Below are positions 10,652 to 24,004 of a stretch of 64,000 nt of DNA, in pieces. Numbering within the stretch: the stretch's first letter is position 1; each line of letters starts with the position of its first letter. The notes under the pieces are model-generated. The model saw only the letters and a program-made list of their open reading frames with translations. It had not been told where the DNA came from and did no database searches. Source of the DNA: Bdellovibrionales bacterium (lineage in GTDB: Bacteria > Bdellovibrionota > Bdellovibrionia > Bdellovibrionales > UBA1609); NCBI GenBank assembly GCA_965200875.1, contig OZ241456.1, forward strand, positions 32,001-96,000. The letters run 5' to 3'. The translations under genes were made by a program, and so were the position numbers.

Positions 10652-11724
10652 TCCGAAATCTCTTGCTTTAAAAACTGTTTTACCCGCCAGGCTTTTAAGG
10701 ATTCAATCAGCGGGCCTAAATCCCCTATCATCACCTGGTCTAGCTGATATAAAGTGAACCCTGCACGATGATCTGTTATACGAGATTGTGGAAAGTTATA
10801 GGTTCTCATTTTTTCCGAGCGATCACCGGCACCCATTTGAGATAATCTGGTTTGAGATTCTTTTTTCTGTTGTTTTTTCCTCTCCAAATCGGATAAACGA
10901 GCATAAAGCACTTTCAGGGCTTTTTCCTTATTGGCATGCTGGGATTTTTCATCCTGACACTGTACTGTGATTTTAGTCGGTAAATGCACAGCCCTTATTG
11001 CACTATCTGTGGTATTCACATGCTGTCCACCGGAACCACTGGAACGAAAAGTATCCACCCTGATATCTGAAGGATTGATTTTCAAAGCCTTTGCAGATCC
11101 TGAAGGCAATACAACCACTGTTACGGTGGAAGTATGCACCCGGCCCTGAGTTTCTGTTTTGGGCACTCTTTGCACACGATGCACTCCACTTTCATATTTT
11201 AAGTTTTCATACACGCAAGAACCTGAAACAGAAAAAATAATTTCCTTAAATCCTCCACTGTTTCCCGGAGAAGAAGATAAAATATCTACTTTCCAGTTTC
11301 TTCTCTCTGCATAACGGGAATACATCATAAACAAATCTTTACAAAACAAACCCGCTTCATCCCCTCCGGCTGCTGGGCGAATCTCCATGACAACATTTTT
11401 TTCATCCCATTCCTCTTTAGGAATTAGAGCTTGTTTTAACTCCATGACCAAATGCTTCTCTTTTTCCTTTAAGACACTTAATTCCTCTTTCGCCAAAATC
11501 AAAAAATCTGGTTCGGAATTATCAGACAATAAAATATCCTCATAATTTTGAATATTTTTTTTCACATCTTTATATTGCGTGTACATATCCATTATTTTTT
11601 CAAGAAAAGAGTATTCTTTCATGAGTTTTGCGTGCTCTTCCTGGTCGAAAGAAGAAGATATCTTTTGCAAGTGGTCTTCCAGCTCATGGTATCTGGACTG
11701 CATTTTATTTAATTTTTCAAACAT
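10648..11724 (-). CDS. prfA: Peptide chain release factor 1
   Basis: ESGVHRVQRVPKTETQGRVHTS (PxT), GGQHVNTTDSA. Confidence 0.97.
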   Translation of the reverse strand: MFEKLNKMQSRYHELEDHLQKISSSFDQEEHAKLMKEYSFLEKIMDMYTQYKDVKKNIQNYEDILLSDNSEPDFLILAKEELSVLKEKEKHLVMELKQALIPKEEWDEKNVVMEIRPAAGGDEAGLFCKDLFMMYSRYAERRNWKVDILSSSPGNSGGFKEIIFSVSGSCVYENLKYESGVHRVQRVPKTETQGRVHTSTVTVVVLPSGSAKALKINPSDIRVDTFRSSGSGGQHVNTTDSAIRAVHLPTKITVQCQDEKSQHANKEKALKVLYARLSDLERKKQQKKESQTRLSQMGAGDRSEKMRTYNFPQSRITDHRAGFTLYQLDQVMIGDLGPLIESLKAWRVKQFLKQEISE

Positions 11725-11814
11725 ACTGGCTTTGTATGAGCAAAAAGCTCTTTACATCCTTACCGGAAAGACACTTTGAAAATAAAATCCTTTTTTGCCA
11801 TTCTCTGGATTTTT

Positions 11815-13359
11815 CTAACCACTCATATTATCTAAAAAATCCTGATTGGTTTTGGCTTTTTTAAGCTTATCTAAAAGAAATTCCATACTATCCACTACAT
11901 TCATGGGAGCCAAAACTTTCCGCAAAATCAAAAGCCGATTCAGTTCACTTTCCGGCATTAAAAGATCTTCTTTCCGTGTTCCTGATCTATTAATATCCAT
12001 ACAAGGAAAAATGCGTCTTTCCATAAGCTTTCTTTCCAGATGAATTTCTGAGTTTCCCGTTCCTTTAAATTCCTCAAAAATCACCTCATCCATACGAGAA
12101 CCTGTATCTATTAAAGCCGTGGCAATGATGGTCAGACTTCCCCCTTCCTCTATGTTTCTTGCAGCTCCAAAAAATCTTTTTGGCTTATGAAGGGCACTGG
12201 AATCCACCCCCCCGGAGAGAATCTTTCCAGAAGGCGGAACCACCGTGTTATAAGCCCGTGCAAGCCTTGTAATGGAATCCAACAGAATAACCACATCTTT
12301 TTTGTGCTCCACAAGCCTTTTTGCTTTTTCAATCACCATTTCCGCCACCTGAACATGTCGTGTGGGTGGTTCATCAAAGGTGGAGGAGATCACCTCTCCT
12401 TTGACACTTCTCAACATATCTGTCACTTCTTCAGGACGCTCATCAATAAGCAAAACAATTAAAAACACCTCTTCATGGTTTTTAGATATGGCATTGGCGA
12501 TATTTTGAAGCAAAACAGTTTTCCCGGTACGAGGAGGTGCCACAATCAAAGCTCTTTGGCCTTTGCCCAGAGGAGACATAAGATTTACCACACGGGTAGT
12601 GTATTCCGCTGGACGCCATTCTAGGCTAAGTCTTTCATCTGGGTAAAGAGGAGTTAGATTATCAAATAAAATTTTCTCTTTGGCTTTTTCCGGGGATTCA
12701 AAATTTATGCTGTCTGTTTTCAAAATCGCAAAATATTTTTCATCACCTTTGGGAGGACGAATAGTGCCTGTAACACTGTCTCCTGTTCTCAAACCACAGC
12801 GACGAATTTGAGAGTGACTGACATAAATATCATCAATTCCCGGTAAATAATTATAATCCGGCGAGCGTAGGAAACCATAACCATCAGGCAGTATTTCCAG
12901 CACTCCTCCTCCATAAATATCTTCCAGCTGAGCCGCCCTCTTAAGTATTTCAAAGACCATATCCTGTCTTTTCATACCGGCCGGGCTTTCGATTTTCAGC
13001 TTATGAGCTAGGCCCATCACTTCTCTTATATCCTTGGATCTCAAATTCTTAAAATCCAGACCTTTTCTTTCCTGTTCCGTCAAATTAATATCAGAGAGAT
13101 CCACTTGATCAGCGTGAGCAGAAGAAGAAACATCCTCCCGAAAAAAACGATGAGAACGGCTTTGGGATTTATGACCACTATTATCACTGTTGCCATTGTT
13201 GCCATTTCCATGATGGCTACTATTCCGATATCGTCCACGAACACGATTGCCGGATCGGCGATTGGTTTTTCGATCCGTTCGATCGATGGATGCGTAATTT
13301 TCTCCACTTTTTTTAGCGGAATACGCTTTATTATTTTTATCTGTTTCAGAATTACTCAT
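11815..13359 (-). CDS. rho: Transcription termination factor Rho with N-terminal low-complexity extension
   Basis: [42 protein letters not shown]; Asn/Ser/Arg-rich N-terminus. Confidence 0.97.
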   Translation of the reverse strand: MSNSETDKNNKAYSAKKSGENYASIDRTDRKTNRRSGNRVRGRYRNSSHHGNGNNGNSDNSGHKSQSRSHRFFREDVSSSAHADQVDLSDINLTEQERKGLDFKNLRSKDIREVMGLAHKLKIESPAGMKRQDMVFEILKRAAQLEDIYGGGVLEILPDGYGFLRSPDYNYLPGIDDIYVSHSQIRRCGLRTGDSVTGTIRPPKGDEKYFAILKTDSINFESPEKAKEKILFDNLTPLYPDERLSLEWRPAEYTTRVVNLMSPLGKGQRALIVAPPRTGKTVLLQNIANAISKNHEEVFLIVLLIDERPEEVTDMLRSVKGEVISSTFDEPPTRHVQVAEMVIEKAKRLVEHKKDVVILLDSITRLARAYNTVVPPSGKILSGGVDSSALHKPKRFFGAARNIEEGGSLTIIATALIDTGSRMDEVIFEEFKGTGNSEIHLERKLMERRIFPCMDINRSGTRKEDLLMPESELNRLLILRKVLAPMNVVDSMEFLLDKLKKAKTNQDFLDNMSG

Positions 13360-13546
13360 ATATTTTTACTGATTTTAGATTAACACAGATGAAGAAAGAA
13401 TGTTCTTTTTTCCTTAATTCCCTTTACCCAACATAACCTCTTTTTTGCGAATTACACGGGTAATGACATATTTTTATAGATATTTTTGATAACTTAGTAT
13501 AAGGGTATCCAAATTTCATTTTATTTGTCAATATGAAATCTGTTTT

Positions 13547-14821
13547 TTATTCCTCTAGTTCAAAATTAGCGGCTGTATAATCAAATTCTTTCTTTTTTCT
13601 CCGCTTTTTGATAATGGCAAACGCACAAATTAAGGCAATAAAAGCCAAAGCCGCGCCAGCCGTCATATCTGTTTGAGAAAAAAGGTTCAAAAACTTGTCC
13701 TCGCCTTCTCCTTCCGCCGGATGAGAGGTTTCTGATAAATGTTGATCGGATGGAGGTTTAGGAGGCACTTCCCCTGCATTTTCTTCATAAGAAGACCCTG
13801 TATCATCCGAAGGAGGTTCTGGTAACTCTTCCTCTGGTTCTCCTGGAGAAGAAATTTCGGCTATTTGCTCCACATCCTGTTCTTCATCTGGTACTTCCGA
13901 AGTAGGAGAAGGTTGTTCTGGAGAGACCGGGATGCTTTCCCCGCCCGATGGCCAATATCTGACAGTCAAAGCAGAATCCAAAATCCCTTTGGATTGTAAA
14001 TCGGAATTGGTCGCCCAAATTTCTTTCCAACTATTGGAGTGTCCCAGTAATTGCCTAGCAATTTGACGAATATTTTCCCCGACTGAAACCTGATAAAAAC
14101 TGGGTTGAATTCCCCTATCCTCAAAATAAAACAGTAACTGATTGGAATCCTGCGGACGATTAGGAGAAGAATAATAAATTTTATCACCCACTTTTACTGT
14201 TCGAGCTTTTAAATGAGGATTAATGGCATAAAGTTGACTGATTTGATCAGAGCCAAAAATTTTATTGCTGATGCTTTCAATACTTTCTCCGGATCTTGCT
14301 ATATAAACCGCATTGACCAAAAATCCTGCCATTTGATAAGGTTCCGCTTTAATTTTTTTATACGGAATATTCTGCCTTAAAGGCTCATCAGAAGAAATAT
14401 CTGAATCCCCCATACCGGATGCAAAAAAGCCTTTATTTTGATCATCTTCTTCGGTTCCTTCTTCAGTTCCTTCTTCAGCTAAGGCTGACGATTCTTCTGA
14501 CTCTTCTAGTCCCTCTGATTCCACTATTATATTTTCCGCTTGTTCCTCCACCAGATAATCTTCATCCTCTTCATCAATATACTCAACTTCCTCATCCCCT
14601 GAATCCGCCGAGTAAGATTCATTATCTGCTGAATCAGTTATTTCCTCCTCACTGGAAATTTCTGCTTCTGCTTCTTCTTCCTCCGCTCCTTCTTCCTCCG
14701 CGTAATAATCCTCCTCTCCTGCACCGTCCTCGGAAACCTCATCAGAACTAAAAATAGTACAAGACGAAAACACACAAAGAAAAAAAGAAAGAAAAAAGAT
14801 ATTTATTAGATGTTTTATCAT
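13547..14821 (-). CDS. Acidic LysM-like lipoprotein with C-terminal TM anchor
   Basis: Lipobox FSSC, E/D-rich linker, two LysM-like segments (YIARSGESIESIS; YQVSVGENIRQIARQLLG..WKEIWATN), C-terminal TM then KKRRKKK. Confidence 0.75.
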   Translation of the reverse strand: MIKHLINIFFLSFFLCVFSSCTIFSSDEVSEDGAGEEDYYAEEEGAEEEEAEAEISSEEEITDSADNESYSADSGDEEVEYIDEEDEDYLVEEQAENIIVESEGLEESEESSALAEEGTEEGTEEDDQNKGFFASGMGDSDISSDEPLRQNIPYKKIKAEPYQMAGFLVNAVYIARSGESIESISNKIFGSDQISQLYAINPHLKARTVKVGDKIYYSSPNRPQDSNQLLFYFEDRGIQPSFYQVSVGENIRQIARQLLGHSNSWKEIWATNSDLQSKGILDSALTVRYWPSGGESIPVSPEQPSPTSEVPDEEQDVEQIAEISSPGEPEEELPEPPSDDTGSSYEENAGEVPPKPPSDQHLSETSHPAEGEGEDKFLNLFSQTDMTAGAALAFIALICAFAIIKKRRKKKEFDYTAANFELEE

Positions 14822-14956
14822 AGTTGCTATATTTTGATATTAACCTGAAATTTATTTCCAGGTCAGTTTGTGTAAATATTACATATAATATTGAATCAGG
14901 ACTGAAGTATAAAGTCCAATACAGAAGTTCCTAATCTGGACTATAGGTTAGTCTTT

Positions 14957-15862
14957 TTAAAATTGACATAGCAAGCCATATCTCAATCCGGTGATTGAAA
15001 CAACGCATTCTCTCCACTGAAATTGATTCATAATTTGTTTCAATATCCCAAGACCTGCCGGTAAAACATCAGCTCGATAAAGAGGCATGCCCTTTAAGGT
15101 TTTTCTTTTTTCAAGAGAGAGCCTAAACAAATATTCCCACCATTTCTGCACCTGCTCAGCACTCAGTTTTTTTCCATGTAATCCTTTCAATTTATCCGTT
15201 CCCTGGATTAAAGTCGCTAAAGTCGTGGGGGTTCCTGCTGTCGCCACTAAAGTCATATTTTTGGAAAAAGAAAATGGTATGGATTGTATTTCCCGTTGAA
15301 TAGCCTCCATGAGAAAGAGTATTTCTTTTTCCTTCGGGGGATCTGTATGCAAAAACTTTTCCATTAAATTGACAGACCCTATGGGCAGGCTAAACACTTG
15401 ATGAGCTGTGCTGATCTCCGTGGAAGCTCCACCGATATCCAACACAACAACTTCTTCCTCCGGCGGAAATGACATTTGAAACAAAGCCCCCTTGCGACTG
15501 ACTTTAGCCTCCTCCTCCGCGGAAATAATTTTAAGGGAAAAACCATATTTTTCTGCTAGGGAAAAAAGCTTCTTAGCGTTCATGGCTTTACGACCTGCCT
15601 CTGTGGCAACACATTTTATTTTTTCCACTGAATATTGATAAACCAGCTTGCGGGATTTTTGAAAAAAAAATTCCTGACGCTTTAAAGCCTCATCTGTAAT
15701 TTCAGGACCAGCCAATGTCTTTTTAGAAGAAAATCCTTCTGCCAATCTGGTAAAAAATATTTGATCTTCTAATATCTTCGGTGGTTTGGATCGGTTTTTA
15801 ACAATCTGCGCTATCAACAATAAGGAAGTATTGGAACCTATGTCCATAACCGCAACCTTCAA
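14957..15862 (-). CDS. ppx: Ppx/GppA family phosphatase (short form)
   Basis: DIGSNT, ATEAGR, ISAEEEA, DIGGASTE, RADVLPAG, GLRYG. Confidence 0.9.
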   Translation of the reverse strand: MKVAVMDIGSNTSLLLIAQIVKNRSKPPKILEDQIFFTRLAEGFSSKKTLAGPEITDEALKRQEFFFQKSRKLVYQYSVEKIKCVATEAGRKAMNAKKLFSLAEKYGFSLKIISAEEEAKVSRKGALFQMSFPPEEEVVVLDIGGASTEISTAHQVFSLPIGSVNLMEKFLHTDPPKEKEILFLMEAIQREIQSIPFSFSKNMTLVATAGTPTTLATLIQGTDKLKGLHGKKLSAEQVQKWWEYLFRLSLEKRKTLKGMPLYRADVLPAGLGILKQIMNQFQWRECVVSITGLRYGLLCQF

Positions 15863-17319
15863 CTTTTCAACTTCTCCTTTAAAATCTTGTTTAAGCCTAC
15901 CGGATCCGCCTGACCTTTGCAGGCTTTCATAATTTCCCCCACAAAAAAACCAAAAATTTTTTCTTTTCCATTTTTATAGTCTGTCACCTGTTTTGGAAAT
16001 TTTTTTATCACTTCCTCCACCATTTCTGATAAAACCGCCGTATCACTTATTTTCTTTAATCCAAGCTTCTTGACGATTCCCCGGGCACTTTCCTTTGTAT
16101 TCCACATTTCCGCAAATACTTTTTTTCCCATTTTTCCTGAAATCTCTTTTTTCTCAATCATTTTAATCATCTCCCCTAACTGCTCTGGTGCTACAGGACA
16201 GGAAATGATGCTTTTTTTCTCCTCGTTGAGACGAGCTAGGACTTCATTAATAAGCCAATTTGCAGACATTTTAGCACCAGCTTTGGTTTTTACTGTATTT
16301 TCAAAATAATCTGCCCGGTCTTTTTCCTCTGTAATTAAAAAAGACTCTCCGGCTAGCAATCCATATTGTTGCTGAAAACGATCTGTTTTTTGCAAAAAAG
16401 ACTCCGGTATGGTTTTTTTCTGCTCTTCAATCCATTGCTCGGATAAAACAACCGGGCGCAAATCCGGGTCGGGAAAATAACGATAATCACTGGCCTCCTC
16501 TTTAGAGCGCAAAGAAAAAGTTTTATTTCTGGTGGAATCATAGAGACGGGTTTCCTGAATCACTTTATTTCCTTCATTTAAAATACAAACCTGTCTTTTG
16601 ACTTCGTACTCAAGAGCTTTTTCAATAAACTTAAAGGAGTTAAGGTTTTTCAATTCCGCCCTGACACCAAGTTGAGTATCTGACATTTTTTGCAAACTGA
16701 TATTACAATCACAACGTAAAGAACCTTCTTCCAAATTGCCATCACATACTTCCAAATATTGTAAAATTTTTCTTATAGAACGAACCATTTCCGCCGCTTC
16801 TGCCGGAGAATTTATATCCGGTTCAGAAACAATCTCCACCAATGGCTGACCAGCGCGATTAAAATTAACCAAGGAACAATGCCCTTTATGATGAAACCGG
16901 CCTGCGTCTTCTTCTATATGCACTCTTCGAATATTTACTTTTTTTCTCACACCTCCGCATTCAAATTCCACATACCCTTTTTCACAAATCGGCTTTTCGT
17001 ACTGAGATATTTGATATCCTTTCGGTAAATCAGGATAAAAGTAATTCTTCCTAGCAAAAACAGATCTGCGATTAACATGGCAATTTAATGCCAACCCCAC
17101 CCGCAAAGCATATTCCAAAGCCTTACTGTTTAAAACGGGAAGTGTCCCAGGAAGACCCAAACTAACCGGATGAATATGTTTATTTTCCTCTTCCACAAAA
17201 TGAGCGGGATCAGAAGAAAAAAGCTTACTTTTTGTTAAAAGTTGAGCATGTATCTCTAAACCAATAACTACCTTCCAACCCTTTAAAAGAGACGAAGCAA
17301 TTTTTTTTTCCATCAACAC
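15859..17319 (-). CDS. gatB: Asp/Glu-tRNA amidotransferase subunit B
   Basis: IGLEIHAQL, RKNYFYPDLPKGYQISQ, LRCDCNIS, DYRYFPDPDL. Confidence 0.97.
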   Translation of the reverse strand: MLMEKKIASSLLKGWKVVIGLEIHAQLLTKSKLFSSDPAHFVEEENKHIHPVSLGLPGTLPVLNSKALEYALRVGLALNCHVNRRSVFARKNYFYPDLPKGYQISQYEKPICEKGYVEFECGGVRKKVNIRRVHIEEDAGRFHHKGHCSLVNFNRAGQPLVEIVSEPDINSPAEAAEMVRSIRKILQYLEVCDGNLEEGSLRCDCNISLQKMSDTQLGVRAELKNLNSFKFIEKALEYEVKRQVCILNEGNKVIQETRLYDSTRNKTFSLRSKEEASDYRYFPDPDLRPVVLSEQWIEEQKKTIPESFLQKTDRFQQQYGLLAGESFLITEEKDRADYFENTVKTKAGAKMSANWLINEVLARLNEEKKSIISCPVAPEQLGEMIKMIEKKEISGKMGKKVFAEMWNTKESARGIVKKLGLKKISDTAVLSEMVEEVIKKFPKQVTDYKNGKEKIFGFFVGEIMKACKGQADPVGLNKILKEKLKS

Positions 17320-17338
17320 CCATCCTGAACTATCACTT

Positions 17339-18808
17339 TCACTCCTTTGGCCTCTGACCAGCTACTCGCAGACTTTCCTGAATGAACAAAGCGGAATCAA
17401 AAAGTGTCTGTTCCTCAAAATGCCCCGCTATCAGCTGTACCCCCACCGGCAAAGAACGGGAAAAGCCCGCCGGTACAGAAAGTGCTGGAAGACCTGACAA
17501 ATTGGCCAATACAGTAAAACCGTCAATCAAGTAAGAAGATAAAGATCCTGCCGGATTTTCTCCCAATTTAAAAGCTGTAGAAGGAGCAACAGGAGCTATC
17601 AATAAAGAGTATTCCGAAAATATTTTCCGAAACTCATCTCTGATTTGTCTCCGAATCTCTGATGCCTTATTGTAATACTCATCATAATAGCCACTGGAAA
17701 GGCAATAAGTTCCCATAAGAATTCTTCTTTTAACCTCACTGCCAAAACCCTTTCCTCGATTTTGGCTGTAAAACTCTTCTAGGCTAACAGGTTTTTTATC
17801 CTGAAAATCAAATCGTCGCCCATAACGAATGCCATCGTAGCGCGCTAGGTTGCTGGAAGCCTCACTGGTGGAAATAAGATAATAAACGGGAACAGATACT
17901 TTCATTAAAGGAAAAAAAACATCCTCTACTGTCGCGCCATGAGATTTAAAAAGCTCTGCCACTTCCTGTAAAATTTTAACAGTTTCCGGGGAACAGAATT
18001 TTTCCGTATCCTCCCTGTTAAACCAGCCTATCTTCAAATTTTTAATATTTTCTCTGTTAAGCTTTTGAGACCAATTTGCCACTTCCCGCCCGGAAGAGGT
18101 GCTGTCTTTTTCATCTTTTCCGGCAAGAACTTCCAACATAAGAGCACTATCTTCCACATACATAGTCATAGGACCTGCTTGATCCAAACTGGACGCATAA
18201 GCAATCATACCATAGCGACTCACCCGGCCATAGGTGGGCTTTACACCCACTAGGTTACAAAAAGAAGAAGGTACTCGAATAGAACCTCCGGTATCTGTCC
18301 CGACAGAAGCCACACAAAGCCCAGCAGAAACAGCAGCTGCAGAACCTCCACTGGAACCTCCGGGAACATAAGCTCTGTTCCAAGGATTGAGGGCCGGACC
18401 AAATGCAGAGTTTTCATTGCTATTTCCCATTGCAAATTCATCCTGATTGCATTTGCCCAAAATAACCGCACCAGCTCTTTCCAACCGCTTAGCCACTTCT
18501 GCGGAATAGGGAGCCACAAAGTTTTCCAAGATCTTTGAGCCTGCCGTGGTTTTTGTGTGTTTCACACAAAAAATATCCTTTAATAAGACCGGAAGCCCCA
18601 CCAGAGGTCGCTCCTTATATTCCTGAAAACGAGTGTCTATTTCTTTGGCTTTTTTCTCCGCTAGGGGATTAAAGTTCAAAACAGCATTCAGCTTGGGGTT
18701 AAGTTTTTCAATACGAGCTTTATAAAACCGACAAAGTTCTTCAGCGGAAATTTTTTTATTCCGAATTAAAGAAATAATATCTTTTATTTTATAATCAAGA
18801 AGTTCCAC
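17339..18808 (-). CDS. gatA: Asp/Glu-tRNA amidotransferase subunit A
   Basis: Amidase signature PGGSSGGSAAAV, GTDTGGSIR, EVKRRILMGTY. Confidence 0.97.
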   Translation of the reverse strand: MELLDYKIKDIISLIRNKKISAEELCRFYKARIEKLNPKLNAVLNFNPLAEKKAKEIDTRFQEYKERPLVGLPVLLKDIFCVKHTKTTAGSKILENFVAPYSAEVAKRLERAGAVILGKCNQDEFAMGNSNENSAFGPALNPWNRAYVPGGSSGGSAAAVSAGLCVASVGTDTGGSIRVPSSFCNLVGVKPTYGRVSRYGMIAYASSLDQAGPMTMYVEDSALMLEVLAGKDEKDSTSSGREVANWSQKLNRENIKNLKIGWFNREDTEKFCSPETVKILQEVAELFKSHGATVEDVFFPLMKVSVPVYYLISTSEASSNLARYDGIRYGRRFDFQDKKPVSLEEFYSQNRGKGFGSEVKRRILMGTYCLSSGYYDEYYNKASEIRRQIRDEFRKIFSEYSLLIAPVAPSTAFKLGENPAGSLSSYLIDGFTVLANLSGLPALSVPAGFSRSLPVGVQLIAGHFEEQTLFDSALFIQESLRVAGQRPKE

Positions 18809-18842
18809 TGGTTATCCTGTTTAAAGCGACCGGCCAAAAAAC

Positions 18843-19133
18843 TTATTCTACCACCGGAGGCACTTTATATTCATTTCCCAACCGCTCTGGGGCTAGGCTT
18901 AAAAAGTTTTCTTTATCTTCCACAGGCTGAATTTGATCCAATCTGAGAGATATTTTCTCCTCCATATCATCCAGAGGGTACACCAAAGGTTCAGTATGTT
19001 GAGTGTCTACAGAGGAGATTTGACTAAAATAATCAAATACCACTCTTAATTGCTCTGTAAATTCAGATTTCTCTTTTTCAGAGAGTTTAAGCCTTGCCAA
19101 ACGCGCAGTTTTTTCCAATTGCTTTCTATCCAT
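18843..19133 (-). CDS. gatC: Asp/Glu-tRNA amidotransferase subunit C
   Basis: ARLARLKLS...VDT..EPL...YKVPPVVE; upstream of gatA. Confidence 0.92.
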   Translation of the reverse strand: MDRKQLEKTARLARLKLSEKEKSEFTEQLRVVFDYFSQISSVDTQHTEPLVYPLDDMEEKISLRLDQIQPVEDKENFLSLAPERLGNEYKVPPVVE

Positions 19134-19203
19134 AATAAAATCTCCGGTTTTTATTCCATTTAATACTGGCTTTTCTGGAACAGAAAAACTCTTTAAGCCT
19201 TAA

Positions 19204-21642
<2,439 letters not shown>

Positions 21643-21710
21643 AAAAAACTCTATTGATGTTTGAAACTTCAAAAAAAGATGATAAAAAGTTCCGGAAAAA
21701 AGGATAAACT

Positions 21711-22766
21711 ATGTATTCAACTTCTTTAAACCTGATTTTGTCATTTCCTGCCAAATACATAACCATTTTCTGTATTATGGGCACTTGTCTTATTCCTTCC
21801 ACTGGTTTTGGAGGTCAAAAACTATCTGCAAATCTTGGAAATAAAGAACAAACCCTAGAGGACAAATCTGAATGGTTAAAACATTTGATAGCCTCTATTC
21901 CCTTTCAAAGAATTAAAAAAGGAAAATTTGTAATGGGCAGTCCCTTTAGTGAAAGAGGGAGAGATTCTGATGAAAACCAACGATCCGTGGAAATAACCAG
22001 ACCCTTTGAGATAATGGAAAAAGAAGTGACTCAATACCAGTGGATGCTTGTAATGGGCAAAAACCCTGCAGAATTTAAATCCAAAGATGACTGTGATGAC
22101 TATGAAAATGACATGTGTCCGAATAACCCGGTGGAAAGTGTTTCTTATGATGATGTTCAAAGTTTTATAAAGAGGATTAATGATTTTCTGGAATTAACGA
22201 ACTGTGATGGAACCCCCGACAGTCAGATGGGATGTTATCGTTTGCCGACAGAAGCTGAGTGGGAATATTCTGTGAGAGCGGACACGACTTTGGCTTATTC
22301 ATTCGGGGATGATCCTTCGGAGCTTAAGGACTTTGCCTGGTATTTGGATAATGCCAAAGGGAGAACTCATAAGGTTGGGATGAAAAAAGCAAATCCTTGG
22401 GGACTTTATGATGTTCATGGAAATGTATGGGAGTGGGTGCAGGATAGCTATGCAAAGAAGTTACCGGGAGGAAAAGACCCTTTGAATAATTTTGATAGGT
22501 ATCGCCTTATTCATGGAGGGGATTTGAAAATCAGTGCGCAATATCTGCACTCTGTATTTTATAACATAACTCCTGTACGGCTTTCAGAATCAACAGAAAG
22601 TATACCAGAAGAAAAAAAACCTTTGAACAATACCGGCTTGTTTCGTGTTATTCGCGGGGGCAGTTTAGATGTCAGCTGGCGAGGGCTACGTTCTGCTTAT
22701 CGTGGTATTGTTTATCCGGATCTTAAATTCAATGATATTGGCTTTCGCCTAGTAAAGACCCTTTAA
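21711..22766 (+). CDS. Formylglycine-generating-enzyme (FGE-sulfatase/CLec-fold) domain protein, probably exported
   Basis: FVMGSP, EVTQYQW, NNPVESVS, YRLPTEAEWEY, NPWGLYDVHGNVWEW, RVIRGGS...RSAYR...IGFRLV. Confidence 0.92.
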   Translation: MYSTSLNLILSFPAKYITIFCIMGTCLIPSTGFGGQKLSANLGNKEQTLEDKSEWLKHLIASIPFQRIKKGKFVMGSPFSERGRDSDENQRSVEITRPFEIMEKEVTQYQWMLVMGKNPAEFKSKDDCDDYENDMCPNNPVESVSYDDVQSFIKRINDFLELTNCDGTPDSQMGCYRLPTEAEWEYSVRADTTLAYSFGDDPSELKDFAWYLDNAKGRTHKVGMKKANPWGLYDVHGNVWEWVQDSYAKKLPGGKDPLNNFDRYRLIHGGDLKISAQYLHSVFYNITPVRLSESTESIPEEKKPLNNTGLFRVIRGGSLDVSWRGLRSAYRGIVYPDLKFNDIGFRLVKTL

Positions 22767-22795
22767 ATTGGTAAAAAAAACTTTGTCACGAAGGA

Positions 22796-23956
22796 CTAGT
22801 TTAATTCCGTTCCTTTATCCAAAAGCTCTATATAATTTTTATAAATAAAAATTCTATTTTTGTATCTGCCTGTTACTTCCTTCACCAAACCTATCTCTTT
22901 CAAAACTTTTAAAGATCTTAAAACTGTTTGCAAAGAAGACTTTGATTTTTGCTTAATATTTTTTGTACGGGATATGGGATGCTTTTTCAAGCAGTGAAAA
23001 GTTTTTAATACACCAGCTGTATCTTTATTAAGGTTTTTTATTTTTTCTTCATCTCGTTCAAAAAGAATAACTATTTTTTCTGCCGTATCAAAAGCTTGAT
23101 GGGCCGTCTCATAAACACCGGTTAAAAAAAACTGAATCCAGGCTTCAAAATCTCCTGTTTCTCTCACACTTTGAAGCAGATTATAATATTCTTTTCTATG
23201 TGTTTTAAAGTAAAGACTTAGATAAAGCAGAGGCTCTTTTAAAAGACCTGTCAAACATAACATAAAGGTAATGAGCAAGCGTCCCAGTCTTCCGTTGCCA
23301 TCTAAAAAAGGATGTATTGTTTCAAATTGAACATGGGCAATGGCTGTTTTGATCAAAGTGGGAAGGAGAATTTTCTCATTATGCAAAAATTTTTCAAAGT
23401 TTCCCAAACAATCCGAAACATACTCTGGGGGAGGGGGAACAAACAAAGCATTGCCGGGACGGGTCCCGCCTATCCAATTTTGTGAAGTTCTGATTTCACC
23501 GGGAGATTTTTCCTGTCCCCGGCCACGGGCGAGTAATTTACCATGAATTTCACAAAGCAATCTTCGAGACAAAGGAAGTTTATGAATTTTTTTCAAGCCG
23601 TAATTCATAGCAGAAATGTAGTTGGCCACTTCTATATCATCACTGTTTGTTTTTTTATGTTTTTGCTCATTCTCAAAAAGCAGAAAGTCCGATAAAGAAG
23701 ATTGAGTGCCCTCAATTTGTGAAGATAAAACCGCTTCTTTTCTGGTAAAGGTATGTAAAAATAAATCAGCATTTGGCAAATTTGTTCGGATGCCGTTCAG
23801 CTCCCCTAAAGAAACATTTGCTTTATCCAACAAAGCATAAAATCTTTCTGTTTGAATGGGAGGACTGGGAGGCAGATCATTTGGGATATAACATTTATAG
23901 CTTTCTTCCCCGAAAGATTTTGTAATAAATTTTCCCACTCTTTTAAGCTTATTCAT
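22796..23956 (-). CDS. fic: Fic family protein (adenylyltransferase) with C-terminal HTH
   Basis: HPFLDGNGRLGR catalytic motif; SSQIEG autoinhibitory motif; C-terminal HTH-like region. Confidence 0.93.
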   Translation of the reverse strand: MNKLKRVGKFITKSFGEESYKCYIPNDLPPSPPIQTERFYALLDKANVSLGELNGIRTNLPNADLFLHTFTRKEAVLSSQIEGTQSSLSDFLLFENEQKHKKTNSDDIEVANYISAMNYGLKKIHKLPLSRRLLCEIHGKLLARGRGQEKSPGEIRTSQNWIGGTRPGNALFVPPPPEYVSDCLGNFEKFLHNEKILLPTLIKTAIAHVQFETIHPFLDGNGRLGRLLITFMLCLTGLLKEPLLYLSLYFKTHRKEYYNLLQSVRETGDFEAWIQFFLTGVYETAHQAFDTAEKIVILFERDEEKIKNLNKDTAGVLKTFHCLKKHPISRTKNIKQKSKSSLQTVLRSLKVLKEIGLVKEVTGRYKNRIFIYKNYIELLDKGTELN

Positions 23957-24004
23957 AATAAAACCCTTATAAAAAATACAATATCAGTGATATCTTTTAT
24001 ATAT

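Noticed and set aside
21711..23956. Complete diversity-generating retroelement
   Set aside because: No reverse transcriptase, Avd, AAC-rich template repeat or downstream IMH hairpin is visible; only a target-type gene.
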